From Macrostomum lignano (taxonomy: Eukaryota), in the NCBI GenBank assembly GCA_002269645.1, contig NIVC01000218.1:390407-454406 (forward strand): DNA of 64,000 bases, read 5' to 3'. The position numbers were made by a program, and so were the translations under genes. Below, piece after piece: positions 22,845-37,800 of this stretch (the first letter of the stretch is position 1; each line of letters starts with the position of its first letter). Below the pieces are notes generated by a model. That model did not search any database. It was given only the letters and a program-made list of their open reading frames with translations, and was not told the DNA's origin.

Positions 22845-25800
22845 ATGGCAAATCGACAGGAAGGTCGGGAAGTTGCTGGTTGCAATCAAATTGCTCATGA
22901 TCAAATTTGGTGAGTATATATATGCAACGCAGTATGTCGGCACATACGCAAATATGGCAAAGAGGGATCCTGGACCTGAAGAACTCATTTTGGGAATTTA
23001 GATGCAGAAGGACAATTATTTTTTCTTTTTAATTATGGCGCGTGGAACTGAAGACAACAGCTTGAAGAGGGGCTGATTTGTATTTAGGTGAAAATTTGGC
23101 TATTAAGCCTCCCGTTATATTTCGTGTCGATCAACCGGTACGTGTCCGACAACTGACAACAATATAGCTACTTCCTGTCTGGTGGCGAACCTGAATCCCT
23201 CCTAGCCAGTGGCGTAGCCAGGAGGGGGGGGGCCGGGGGGGCCGCGGCCCACTCCCCCTAATCGCCTGGGAGGGTGGGGTTGGGCGCGGCGGGTACCAAA
23301 AACCATGAGGCAAATGATCGAGTGCCTGCGGCGCCAAAACGAGTGCCTGCGGCACCAAAAGTGGCAATGGCATGAGGCATGGCCTGCCAGGCCAACCCGC
23401 TCCCCCCCCCCCAATTAAAATTCCTGGCTACGCCACTGCTCCTAGCAAGAACATTTAGATATATCCTACCGGTGGCGGTAACAGATTGAAATGCCAGACG
23501 ATACTTAAACAGGTGGCTTTAAAAGACCACTGCATATATAATGCATGCACTGCATTGGACTGCATAATGAATAGGAAATATGCAATGCAAATACATATTA
23601 AAATCGTCGTCATCGAGTCAGCAAAGGCCTGACTAGTAAAAAAATTATTATTGAACGTTCTGTCCGCCTGCGTTTTTTAAAAATTAATTTGATTTAGTGA
23701 AAAATTACATCATATATTTGTATAACTATTCTTTATTGATATGTAGACTTCTGGTATAGCTTTATATCCATACATTTAAAGTCTTAGAAAATACTAAATC
23801 GTGTTTTGACCTTCTTACTATGTAATGTCTATAAAACAGGGGAAGGTTGAAAAGTCTAATACTCAGTCCATCTTTAAATACTTCGTTAGGTTTATGCAAA
23901 AAACATAATTGATGCAACAGTACGAGCTTGAAATTCCTTCAGAATTTTTTTCTGGAGCGGATATCAAACTATAACGAGCCGAACTTATTGCCTAATTTGC
24001 AGGAAGGATCATTGTACTAAAGAGGCCAGCTCGGCGAAACACTGGCACAAAGACTGGGGCTTTATGGCTCAATCGTACGAGGAGGTAATCCGATGACCAC
24101 TTCCTTGATTTGACCAGTTTGATGGTTGCTGCTATCTGGGTGGATGCTTGCTATTTAGGGGATGCTTGCTATCTGGGGGATGCTTGCTATCTGGGTGGAT
24201 GCTTGCTATCTGGGGGATGCTTGCTATCTGGGGGATGCTTGCTATCTAGGGGATGCTTGCTATCTGGGTGGATGCTTGCTATCTGGGGGATGCTTGCTAT
24301 CTGGGTGGATGCTTGCTATCTGGGGGATGCTTGCTATCTGGGTGGATGCTTGCAATCTGGGGGATGCTTGCTATCTGGGTGGATGCTTGCTATCTGGGGG
24401 ATGCTTGCTATCTGGGTGGATGCTTGCTATCTGGGGGGTGCTTGCTATCTGGGGATGCTTGCTATCTGGGTGATGTTTGCTATCTGGGGGATGCTTGCTA
24501 TCTGGGGGATGCTTGCTATCTGGGTGGATGCTTGCTATTTAGGGGATGCTTGCTATCTGGGGGATGCTTGCTATTTAGGGGATGCTTGCTATCTGGGCGA
24601 TGCTTGCTATCTGGGGGATGCTTGCTATCTGGGGGATGCTTGCTATCTGGGTGGATGCTTGCTATCTGGGGGATGCTTGCTATCTGGGTGGATGCTTGCT
24701 ATCTGGGGGATGCTTGCTATCTGGGTGGATGCTTGCTATCTGGGGGATGCTTGCTATCTGAGTGGATGCTTGCTATCTGGGGATGCTTGCTATCTGGGTG
24801 ATGTTTGCTATCTGGGGGATGCTTGCTATCTGGGGGATGCTTGCTATCTGGGTGGATGCTTGCTATTTAGGGGATGCTTGCTATCTGGGGGATGCTTGCT
24901 ATTTAGGGGATGCTTGCTATCTGGGCGATGCTTGCTATCTGGGGGATGCTTGCTATCTGGGGGATGCTTGCTATCTGGGTGGATGCTTGCTATCTGGGGG
25001 ATGCTTGCTATCTGGGTGGATGCTTGCTATCTGGGGGATGCTTGCTATCTGGGTGGATGCTTGCTATCTGGGGGATGCTTGCTATCTGAGTGGATGCTTG
25101 CTATCTGGGGGGTGCTTGCTATCTGGGTGGATGCTTGCTATCTGGGTGGATGCTTGCTATCTGGGGGATGCTTGCTATCTGGGGGATGCTTGCTATCTGG
25201 GTGGATGCTTGCTATCTGGGTGGATGCTTGCTATCTGGGTGGATGCTTGCTATCTGGGGGATGCTTGCTATCTGGGGATGCTTGCTATCTGGGGGATGCT
25301 TGCTATCTGGGTGGATGCTTGCTATCTGGGTGGATGCTTGCTATCTGGGTGGATGCTTGCTATTTAGGGGATGCTTTCTATCTGGGGGATGCTTGCTATT
25401 TAGGGGATGCTTGCTATCTGGGTGGATGCTTGCTATCTGGGTGGATGCTTGCTATCTGGGTGGATGCTTGCTATTTAGGGGATGCTTTCTATCTGGGGGA
25501 TGCTTGATATTTAGGGGATGCTTGCTATCTGGGGGATGCTTGCTATCTGGGGGATGCTTGCTATCTGGGTGGATGTTTGCTATCTGGGGGATGCTTGCTA
25601 TTTAGGGGATGCTTGCTATCTGGGGGATGCTTGCTATCTGGGTGGATGTTTGCTATCTGGGGGATGCTTGCTATCTGGGGGATGCTTGCTATCTGGGGGA
25701 TGCTTGCTATCTGGGGGATGCTTGCTATCTGGGGGATGCTTGCTTTTTAGGGGATGCTTGCTATCTGGGTGGATGCTTGCTATCTGGGGGATGCTTGCTA

Positions 25801-28800
25801 TCTGGGGGATGCTTGCTATTTAGGGGATGCTTGCTATTTAGGGGATGCTTGCTATCTGGGGGATGCTTGCTATCGGGGGGATGCTTGCTATCTGGGGGAT
25901 GCTTGCTATCTGGGGGATGCTTGCTATCTGGGTGGATGCTTGCTATCTGGGTGACTGCTTGCTATTTAGGGGATGCTTGCTATCTGGGGGATGCTTGCTA
26001 TCGGGGGGATGCTTGCTATCTGGGGGATGCTTGCTATCTGGGGGTGCTTGCTATCTGGGTGGATGCTTGCTATCTGGGTGGATGCTTGCTATCTGGGTGA
26101 ATGCTTGCTATTTAGGGGATGCTTGCTATCTGGGGGATGCTTGCTATCTGGGTGGATGCTTGCTATTTAGGGGATGCTTGCTATCTGGGTGGATGCTTGC
26201 TATCTGGGTGGATGCTTGCTATCTGGGTGGATGCTTGCTATCTGGGTGGATGCTTGCTATCTGGGGGAGATAGCAAGGGATGCTTGCTATCTGGGGGATG
26301 CTTGCTATCTGGGGGATGCTTGCTATTTAGGGGATGCTTGCTATCTGGGTGGATGCTTGCTATGTGGGGGAGATAGCAAGGGATGCTTGCTATCTGGGGG
26401 ATGCTTGCTATCTGGGTGGATGCTTGCTATCTGAGGGATGCTTGCTATCTGGGTGGATGCTTGCTATTTAGGGGATGCTTGCTATCTGGGGGATGCTTGC
26501 TATCTGGGGGATGCTTGCTATTTAGGGGATGCTTGCTATCTGGGGGATGCTTGCTATCTGGGTGGATGCTTGCTATCTGGGGGATGCTTGCTATCTGGGT
26601 GGATGCTTGCTATCTGGGGGATGCTTGCTATCTGGGGGATGCTTGCTATCTGGGGGATGCTTGCTATCTAGGGGATGCTTGCTATCTAGGTGGATGCTTG
26701 CTATCTGGGGGATGCTTGCTATCTGGGTGGATGCTTGCTATCTGTGGGATGCTTGCTATCTGGGTGGATGCTTGCAATCTGGGGGATGCTTGCTATCTGG
26801 GTGGATGCTTGCTATCTGGGGGATGCTTGCTATCTGGGTGGATGCTTGCTATCTGGGGGGTGCTTGCTATCTGGGGATGCTTGCTATCTGGGTGATGTTT
26901 GCTATCTGGGGGATGCTTGCTATCTGGGGGAGGCTTGCTATCTGGGTGGATGCTTGCTATTTAGGGGATGCTTGCTATCTGGGGGATGCTTGCTATTTAG
27001 GGGATGCTTGCTATCTGGGCGATGCTTGCTATCTGGGTGGATGCTTGCTATCTGGGTGGATGCTTGCTATCTGGGTGGATGCTTGCTATCTGGGGGATGC
27101 TTGCTATCTGGGTGGATGCTTGCTATCTGGGGGATGCTTGCTATCTGGGTGGATGCTTGCTATCTGGGGGATGCTTGCTATCTGAGTGGATGCTTGCTAT
27201 CTGGGGGATGCTTGCTATCTGGGGGATGCTTGCTATCTGGGGGATGCTTGCTATCTGGGTGGATGCTTGCTATCTGGGTGGATGCTTGCTATCTGGGTGG
27301 ATGCTTGCTATCTGGGGGATGCTTGCTATCTGGGGATGCTTGCTATCTGGGGGATGCTTGCTATCTGGGGGATGCTTGCTATCTGGGTGGATGCTTGCTA
27401 TCTGGGTGGATGCTTGCTATTTAGGGGATGCTTTCTATCTGGGGGATGCTTGCTATTTAGGGGATGCTTGCTATCTGGGGGATGCTTGCTATCTGGGGGA
27501 TGCTTGCTATCTGGGTGGATGCTTGCTATCTGGGGGATGCTTGCTATTTAGGGGATGCTTGCTATCTGGGGGATGCTTGCTATCTGGGTGGATGTTTGCT
27601 ATCTGGGGGATGCTTGCTATCTGGGGGATGCTTGCTATCTGGGGGATGCTTGCTATCTGGGGGATGCTTGCTATTTAGGGGATGCTTGCTTTTTAGGGGA
27701 TGCTTGCTATCTGGGTGGATGCTTGCTATCTGGGGGATGCTTGCTATCTGGGGGATGCTTGCTATTTAGGGGATGCTTGCTATTCAGGGGATGCTTGCTA
27801 TCTGGGGGATGCTTGCTATCGGGGGGATGCTTGCTATCTGGGGGATGCTTGCTATCTGGGGGATGCTTGCTATCTGGGTGGATGCTTGCTATCTGGGTGG
27901 ATGCTTGCTATCTGGGTGAATGCTTGCTATTTAGGGGATGCTTGCTATCTGGGGGATGCTTGCTATCGGGGGGATGCTTGCTATCTGAGAGATGCTTGCT
28001 ATCTGGGGGATGCTTGCTATCTGGGTGGATGCTTGCTATCTGGGTGGATGCTTGCTATCTGGGTGAATGCTTGCTATTTAGGGGATGCTTGCTATCTGAG
28101 AGATGCTTGCTATCTGGGGGATGCTTGCTATCTGGGTGGATGCTTGCTATCTGGGTGGATGCTTGCTATCTGGGTGAATGCTTGCTATTTAGGGGATGCT
28201 TGCTATCTGGGGGATGCTTGCTATCGGGGGGATGCTTGCTATCTGGCGGATGCTTGCTATCTGCGGGTGCTTGCTATCTGGGTGGATGCTTGCTATCTGG
28301 GTGGATGCTTGCTATCTGGGTGAATGCTTGCTATTTAGGGGATGCTTGCTATCTGGGGGATGCTTGCTATCTGGGTGGATGCTTGCTATTTAGGGGATGC
28401 TTGCTATCTGGGTGGATGCTTGCTATCTGGGTGGATGCTTGCTATTTAGGGGATGCTTGCTATCTGGGTGGATGCTTGCTATCTGGGTGGATGCTTGCTA
28501 TCTGGGTGGATGCTTGCTATCTGGGTGGATGCTTGCTATCTGGGGGATGCTTGCTATCTGGGTGGATGCTTGCTATCTGGGGGATGCTTGCTATCTGGGG
28601 GATGCTTGCTATCTGGGGGATGCTTGCTATTTAGGGGATGCTTGCTATCTGGGTGGATGCTTGCTATCTGGGTGGATGCTTGCTATCTGGGTGGATGCTT
28701 GCTATCTGAGGGATGCTTGCTATCTGGGGGATGCTTGCTATTTAGGGGATACTTGCTATCTGGGTGGATGCTTGCTATCTGGGGGATGCTTGCTATCTGG

Positions 28801-31800
28801 GGGATGCTTGCTATTTAGGGGATACTTGCTATCTGGGTGGATGCTTGCTATTTAGGGGATGCTCGATATCTGGGTGGATGCTTGCTATCTGAGGGATGCT
28901 TGCTATTTAGGGGATACTTGCTATCTGGGTGGATGCTTGCTATCTGGGGGATGCTTGCTCTTTAGGGGATGCTTGCTACCTGGCGGATGCTTGCTATCTG
29001 AGGGATGCTTGCTATCTGAGGGATGCTTGCTATCTGAGGGATGCTTGCTATCTGGGGGATGCTTGCTACTTAAGGGTGCTTGCTATCTGGGGGATGCTTG
29101 CTATCTGAGGGATGCTTGCTATCTGGGGGATGCTTGCTGTCTTGGGGATGCTTTCTATCTGGGGGATGCTTGCTACTTAAGGGTGCTTGCTATCTGGGGG
29201 ATGCTTGCTATCTGGGGGATGCTTGCTATCTGGGTGGATGCTTGCTATCTGGGGGATGCTTGCTATCTGAGGGATGCTTGCTATCTGGGGGATGCTTGCT
29301 ATCTGAGAGATGCTTGCTATCTGGGGGATGCTTGCTATCTGGGGGATGCTTGCTGTCTTGGGGATGCTTGCTATCTGGGGGATGTTTGCTATCTGGGGGA
29401 TGCTTGCTATCTGAGGGATGCTTGCTATCTGAGGGATGCTTGCTGTCTTGGGGATGCTTGCTATCTGGGGGATGCTTGCTGTCTTGGGGATGCTTGCTAT
29501 CTGGGGGATGCTTGCTATCTGGGGGATGCTTGCTATCTGAGGGATGCTTGCTATCTGGGGGATGCTTGCTATCTGGGGGTGCTTGCTATCTGGGTGGATG
29601 CTTGCTATCTGGGTGGATGCTTGCTATCTGGGTGAATGCTTGCTATTTAGGGGATGCTTGCTATCTGGGGGATGCTTGCTATCTGGGTGGATGCTTGCTA
29701 TTTAGGGGATGCTTGCTATCTGGGTGGATGCTTGCTATCTGGGTGGATGCTTGCTATCTGGGTGGATGCTTGCTATCTGGGGGAGATAGCAAGGGATGCT
29801 TGCTATCTGGGGGATGCTTGCTATCTGGGGGATGCTTGCTATTTAGGGGATGCTTGCTATCTGGGTGGATGCTTGCTATGTGGGGGAGATAGCAAGGGAT
29901 GCTTGCTATTTGGGGGATGCTTGCTATCTGGGTGGATGCTTGCTATTTAGGGGATGCTTGCTATCTGGGTGGATGCTTGCTATTTAGGGGATGCTTGCTA
30001 TCTGGGGGATGCTTGCTATCTGGGTGGATGCTTGCTATTTAGGGGATGCTTGCTATCTGGGTGGATGCTTGCTATCTGGGTGGATGCTTGCTATCTGGGT
30101 GAATGCTTGCTATTTAGGGGATGCTTGCTATCTGGGGGATGCTTGCCATCTGGGTGGATGCTTGCTATTTAGGGGATGCTTGCTATCTGGGGGATGCTTG
30201 CTATCTGGGTGGATGCTTGCTATCTGGGGGATGCTTGCTATCTGGGTGGATGCTTGCTATCTGGGGGATGCTTGCTATCTGGGTGGATGCTTGCTATCTG
30301 GGGGATGCTTGCTATCTGGGTGGATGCTTGCTATCTGGGTGGATGCTTGCTATCTGAGGGATGCTTGCTATCTGGGGGATGCTTGCTATTTAGGGGATAC
30401 TTGCTATCTGGGTGGATGCTTGCTATCTGGGGGATGCTTGCTATCTGGGGATGCTTGCTATTTAGGGGATACTTGCTATCTGGGTGGATGCTTGCTATTT
30501 AGGGGATGCTTGATATCTGGGTGGATGCTTGCTATCTGAGGGATGCTTGCTATTTAGGGGATACTTGCTATCTGGGTGGATGCTTGCTATCTGGGGGATG
30601 CTTGCTCTTTAGGGGATGCTTGCTACCTGGCGGATGCTTGCTATCTGAGGGATGCTTGCTATCTGAGGGATGCTTGCTATCTGAGGGATGCTTGCTATCT
30701 GAGGGATGCTTGCTATCTGAGGGATGCTTGCTATCTGGGGGATGCTTGCTACTTAAGGGTGCTTGCTATCTGGGGGATGCTTGCTATCTGAGGGATGCTT
30801 GCTATCTGGGGGATGCTTGCTGTCTTGGGGATGCTTTCTATCTGGGGGATGCTTGCTACTTAAGGGTGCTTGCTATCTGGGGGATGCTTGCTACTTAAGG
30901 GTGCTTGCTATCTGGGGGATGCTTGCTGTCTTGGGGATGCTTGCTATCTGGGGGATGCTTGCTATCTGGGGGATGCTTGCTATCTGAGGGATGCTTGCTA
31001 TCTGGGGGATGCTTGCTATCTGGGGGTGCTTGCTATCTGGGTGGATGCTTGCTATCTGGGTGGATGCTTGCTATCTGGGTGAATGCTTGCTATTTAGGGG
31101 ATGCTTGCTATCTGGGGGATGCTTGCTATCTGGGTGGATGCTTGCTATTTGGGGGATGCTTGCTATCTGGGTGGATGCTTGCTATCTGGGGGATGCTTGC
31201 TATTTAGGGGATGCTTGCTATCTGGGTGGATGCTTGCTATGTGGGGGAGATAGCAAGGGATGCTTGCTATCTGGGGGATGCTTGCTATCTGGGTGGATGC
31301 TTGCTATTTAGGGGATGCTTGCTATCTGGGTGGATGCTTGCTATCTGGGGATGCTGCTATCTGGGGGATGCTTGCTATCTGGGTGGATGCTGCTATCTGG
31401 GGGATGCTTGCTATCTGGGTGGATGCTTGCTATCTGGGGGGATGCTTGCTATCTGGTGGATGCTTGCTATCTGGGGGATGCTTGCTATCTAGGGGATGCT
31501 TGCTATCTGGGTGGATGCTTGCTATCTGGGGGATGCTTGCTATCTGGGTGGATGCTTGCTATCTGGGGGATGCTTGCTATCTGGGTGGATGCTTGCTATC
31601 TGGGGGATGCTTGCTATCTGGGTGGATGCTTGCTATCTGGGGGATGCTTGCTATCTGGGGGATGCTTGCTATCTGGGGGATGCTTGCTATCTGGGGATGC
31701 TTGCTATCTGGGGATGCTTGCTATCTGGGGGATGCTTGCTATCTGGGGATGCTTGCTATCTGGGTGGATGCTTGCTATTTAGGGGATGCTTGCTATCTGG

Positions 31801-34800
31801 GGGATGCTTGCTATTGGGGATGCTTGCTATCTGGGGATGCTTGCTATCTGGGTGGATGCTTGCTATCTGGGGGATGCTTGCTATCTGGGTGGATGCTTGC
31901 TATCTGGGGGATGCTTGCTATCTGGGTGGATGCTTGCTATCTGGGGGATGCTTGCTATCTGGGTGGATGCTTGCTATCTGGGGGATGCTTGCTATCTGGG
32001 GATGCTTGCTATCTGGGGGATGCTTGCTATCTGGGGGATGCTTGCTATCTGGGGGATGCTTGCTATCTGGGGGATGCTTGCTATCTGGGGGATGCTTGCT
32101 ATCTGGGGGATGCTTGCTATCTGGGGATGCTTGCTATCTGGGGATGCTTGCTATCTGGGGGATGCTTGCTATCTGGGTGGATGCTTGCTATCTGGGTGGA
32201 TGCTTGCTATCTGGGGGATGCTTGCTATTTAGGGGATGCTTGCTATCTGGGGGATGCTTGCTATTGGGGATGCTTGCTATCTGGGGATGCTTGCTATCTG
32301 GGGGATGCTTGCTATTTAGGGGATGCTTGCTATCTGGGGGATGCTTGCTATTTAGGGGATGCTTGCTATCTGGGGGATGCTTGCTATCTGGGGGATGCTT
32401 GCTATCTGGGGGATGCTTGCTATCTGGGGGATGCTTGCTATTTAGGGGATGCTTGCTATCTGGGGGATGCTTGCTATCTGGGGGATGCTTGCTATCTGGG
32501 GGATGCTTGCTATCTGGGGGATGCTTGCTATCTGGGGATGCTTGCTATCTGGGGGATGCTTGCTATTTAGGGGATGCTTGCTATCTGGGGATGCTTGCTA
32601 TCTGGGGGATGCTTGCTATCTGGGGGATGCTTGCTATCTGAGGGATGCTTGCTATTTAGGGGATACTTGCTATCTGGGTGGATGCTTGCTATCTGGGGGA
32701 TGCTTGCTCTTTAGGGGATGCTTGCTACCTGGCGGATGCTTGCTATCTGAGGGATGCTTGCTATCTGAGGGATGCTTGCTATCTGAGGGATGCTTGCTAT
32801 CTGGGGGATGCTTGCTACTTAAGGGTGCTTGCTATCTGGGGGATGCTTGCTATCTGAGGGATGCTTGCTATCTGGGTGGATGCTTGCTATCTGGGGGATG
32901 CTTGCTATCTGAGGGATGCTTGCTATCTGGGGGATGCTTGCTATCTGAGAGATGCTTGCTATCTGGGGGATGCTTGCTATCTGAGGGATGCTTGCTGTCT
33001 TGGGGATGCTTGCTATCTGGGGGATGCTTGCTATCTGGGGGATGCTTGCTATCTGAGGGATGCTTGCTATCTGAGGGATGCTTGCTGTCTTGGGGATGCT
33101 TGCTATCTGGGGGATGCTTGCTATCTGGGGGATGCTTGCTATCTGAGGGATGCTTGCTATCTGAGGGATGCTTGCTATCTGAGGGATGCTTGCTATCTGA
33201 GGGATGCTTGCTACTTAAGGGTGCTTGCTATCTGGGGGATGCTTGCTATCTGGCGGATGCTTGCTATCTGAGGGATGCTTGCTATCTGAGGGATGCTTGC
33301 TATCTGAGGGATGCTTGCTATCTGGGGGATGCTTGCTACTTAAGGGTGCTTGCTATCTGGGGGATGCTTGCTATCTGGGTGGATGCTTGCTATCTGGGGG
33401 ATGCTTGCTATCTGGGTGGATGCTTGCTATCTGGGGGATGCTTGCTATCTGGGGGATGCTTGCTATCTGGGGGATGCTTGCTATCTAGGGGATGCTTGCT
33501 ATCTGGGTGGATGCTTGCTATCTGGGGGATGCTTGCTATTTAGGGGATACTTGCTATCTGGGTGGATGCTTGCTATCTGGGGGATGCTTGCTATCTGGGG
33601 GATGCTTGCTATTTAGGGGATACTTGCTATCTGGGTGGATGCTTGCTATTTAGGGGATGCTTGATATCTGGGTGGATGCTTGCTATCTGAGGGATGCTTG
33701 CTATTTAGGGGATACTTGCTATCTGGGTGGATGCTTGCTATCTGGGGGATGCTTGCTCTTTAGGGGATGCTTGCTACCTGGCGGATGCTTGCTATCTGAG
33801 GGATGCTTGCTATCTGAGGGATGCTTGCTATCTGAGGGATGCTTGCTATCTGGGGGATGCTTGCTACTTAAGGGTGCTTGCTATCTGGGGGATGCTTGCT
33901 ATCTGGGGGATGCTTGCTACTTAAGGGTGCTTGCTATCTGGGTGGATGCTTGCAATCTGGGGGATGCTTGCTATCTGGGTGGATGCTTCCTATCTGGGGG
34001 ATGCTTGCTATCTGGGTGGATGCTTGCTATCTGGGGGGTGCTTGCTATCTGGGGATGCTTGCTATCTGGGTGATGTTTGCTATCTGGGGGATGCTTGCTA
34101 TCTGGGTGATGCTTGCTATTGGGGATGCTTGCTATCTGGGTGGATGCTTGCTATCTGGGGGATGCTTGCTATCTGGGGATGCTTGCTATCTGGGGATGCT
34201 TGCTATCTGGGTGGATGCTTGCTATCTGGGGGATGCTTGCTATCTGGGTGGATGCTTGCTATCTGGGGGATGCTTGCTATCTGGGTGGATGCTTGCTATC
34301 TGGGGGATGCTTGCTATCTGGGTGGATGCTTGCTATCTGGGGGATGCTTGCTATCTGGTGGATGCTTGCTATCTGGGGGATGCTTGCTATCTGGGGGATG
34401 CTTGCTATCTGGGGGATGCTTGCTATCTGGGTGGATGCTTGCTATCTGGGTGGATGCTTGCTATCTGGGTGGATGCTTGCTATCTGGGGATGCTTGCTAT
34501 CTGGGGGATGCTTGCTATCTGGGGATGCTTGCTATCTGGGTGGATGCTTGCTATCTGGGTGGATGCTTGCTATCTGGGTGGATGCTTGCTATTTAGGGGA
34601 TGCTTTCTATCTGGGGGATGCTTGCTATTTAGGGGATGCTTGCTATCTGGGTGGATGCTTGCTATCTGGGGGATGCTTGCTATTTAGGGGATGCTTTCTA
34701 TCTGGGGGATGCTTGCTATTTAGGGGATGCTTGCTATCTGGGGGATGCTTGCTATCTGGGGGATGCTTGCTATCTGGGGGATGCTTGCTATCTGGGGGAT

Positions 34801-37800
34801 GCTTGCTATTTAGGGGATGCTTGCTATCTGGGGGATGCTTGCTATCTGGGGGATGCTTGCTATCTGGGGATGCTTGCTATCTGGGGGATGCTTGCTATCT
34901 GGGGGATGCTTGCTATCTGGGGGATGCTTGCTATCTGGGGGATGCTTGCTATTTAGGGGATGCTTGCTTTTTAGCGGATGCTTGCTATCTGGGTGGATGC
35001 TTGCTATCTGGGGGATGCTTGCTATCTGAGGGATGCTTGCTATTTAGGGGATACTTGCTATCTGGGTGGATGCTTGCTATCTGGGGGATGCTTGCTCTTT
35101 AGGGGATGCTTGCTATCTGGGATGCTTGCTATCTGAGGGATGCTTGCTATCTGGGGATGCTTGCTATCTAAGGGATGCTTGCTATCTGGGGGATGCTTGC
35201 TACTTAAGGGTGCTTGCTATCTGGGGGATGCTTGCTATCTGGGGATGCTTGCTATCTGGGGGATGCTTGCTGTCTTGGGGATGCTTGCTATCTGGGGGAT
35301 GCTTGCTACTTAAGGGTGCTTGCTATCTGGGGGATGCTTGCTATCTGGGGGATGCTTGCTATCTGGGGGATGCTTGCTATCTGGGGATGCTTGCTATCTG
35401 GGATGCTTGCTATCTGGGGGATGCTTGCTATCTGAGGATGCTTGCTATCTGGGGATGCTTGCTATCTGGGGGATGCTTGCTGTCTTGGGGATGCTTGCTA
35501 TCTGGGGATGCTTGCTATCTGGGGGATGCTTGCTATCTGAGGGATGCTTGCTATCTGAGGGATGCTTGCTATCTGGGGATGCTTGCTATCTGGGGATGCT
35601 TGCTATCTTGGGGATGCTTGCTATCTGGGGGATGCTTGCTATCTGGGGGATGCTTGCTATCTGAGGGATGCTTGCTATCTGAGGGATGCTTGCTATCTGA
35701 GGGATGCTTGCTATCTGAGGGATGCTTGCTACTTAAGGGTGCTTGCTATCTGGGGGATGCTTGCTATCTGGGGATGCTTGCTATCTGAGGGATGCTTGCT
35801 ATCTGAGGGATGCTTGCTATCTGGGGATGCTTGCTATCTGGGGATGCTTGCTACTTAAGGGTGCTTGCTATCTGGGGGATGCTTGCTATCTGGGGGATGC
35901 TTGCTATCTGGGGATGCTTGCTATCTGGGGGATGCTTGCTATCTGGGGGATGCTTGCTATCTGGGTGGATGCTTGCTATCTGGGGGATGCTTGCTATCTG
36001 GGGGATGCTTGCTATCTTAGGGGATGCTTGCTATCTGGGTGGATGCTTGCTATTTAGGGGATGCTTGCTATCTGGGGGATGCTTGCTATCTGGGGATGCT
36101 TGCTATCTGGGGATGCTTGCTATTTAGGGGATACTTGCTATCTGGGTGGATGCTTGCTATCTGGGGGATGCTTGCTATCTGGGGATGCTTGCTATCTGGG
36201 GATGCTTGCTATCTGGGGATGCTTGCTATGCTTGCTATCTGGGGATGCTTGCTATCTGAGGGATGCTTGCTATCTGGGGATGCTTGCTACTTAAGGGTGC
36301 TTGCTATCTGGGGATGCTTGCTATCTGAGGGATGCTTGCTATCTGGGGGATGCTTGCTATCTTGGGGATGCTTGCTATCTGGGGGATGCTTGCTATTGGG
36401 TGCTTGCTATCTGGGGGATGCTTGCTATCTGGGGATGCTTGCTATCTGGGGGATGCTTGCTATCTGGGGGATGCTTGCTATCTGGGATGCTTGCTATCTG
36501 GGGGATGCTTGCTATCTGGGATGCTTGCTATCTGGGGGATGCTTGCTATCTGGGGATGCTTGCTATCTGGGGATGCTTGCTATCTGGGGATGCTTGCTAT
36601 CTGGGGGATGCTTGCTATCTGGGGATGCTTGCTATCTGAGGGATGCTTGCTATCTGGGGATGCTTGCTATCTGGGGATGCTTGCTATCTGGGGATGCTTG
36701 CTATCTGAGGGATGCTTGCTATCTGAGGGATGCTTGCTATCTGAGGGATGCTTGCTATCTGAGGGATGCTTGCTACTGGGTGCTTGCTATCTGGGGATGC
36801 TTGCTATCTGGGGATGCTTGCTATCTGAGGGATGCTTGCTATCTGAGGGATGCTTGCTATCTGGGGATGCTTGCTATCTGGGGGATGCTTGCTATCTGGG
36901 GATGCTTGCTATCTGGGGATGCTTGCTATCTGGGGATGCTTGCTATCTGGGTGGATGCTTGCTATCTGGGGATGCTTGCTATCTGGGGGATGCTTGCTAT
37001 CTGAGGGATGCTTGCTATCTGGGGGATGCTTGCTATCTGGGGATGCTTGCTATCTGGGGGATGCTTGCTATCTGGGGGATGCTTGCTATCTGGGGGATGC
37101 TTGCTATCTGGGGGATGCTTGCTATCTGGGGGATGCTTGCTATCTGGGGATGCTTGCTATTTAGGGGATGCTTGCTATCTGGGTGGATGCTTGCTATTTA
37201 GGGGATGCTTGCTATCTGGGTGGATGCTTGCTATCTGGGGATGCTTGCTATTGGGGATGCTTGCTATCTGGGGATGCTTGCTATCTGGGGGATGCTTGCT
37301 CTTTAGGGGATGCTTGCTACTGGGGATGCTTGCTATCTGAGGGATGCTTGCTATCTGAGGGATGCTTGCTATCTGGGGATGCTTGCTATCTGGGGGATGC
37401 TTGCTACTTAAGGGTGCTTGCTATCTGGGGATGCTTGCTATCTGAGGGATGCTTGCTATCTGGGGATGCTTGCTATCTGGGGATGCTTGCTATCTGGGGG
37501 ATGCTTGCTACTTAAGGGTGCTTGCTATCTGGGGGATGCTTGCTATCTGGGGATGCTTGCTATCTGGGGGATGCTTGCTATCTGGGGATGCTTGCTATCT
37601 GGGGGATGCTTGCTATCTGGGTGCTTGCTATCTGAGGATGCTTGCTATCTGGGGGATGCTTGCTATCTGGGGATGCTTGCTATCTGGGGATGCTTGCTAT
37701 CTGGGGGATGCTTGCTATCTGGGGGATGCTTGCTATCTGAGGGATGCTTGCTATCTGAGGGATGCTTGCTATCTGGGGATGCTTGCTGTCTTGGGGATGC

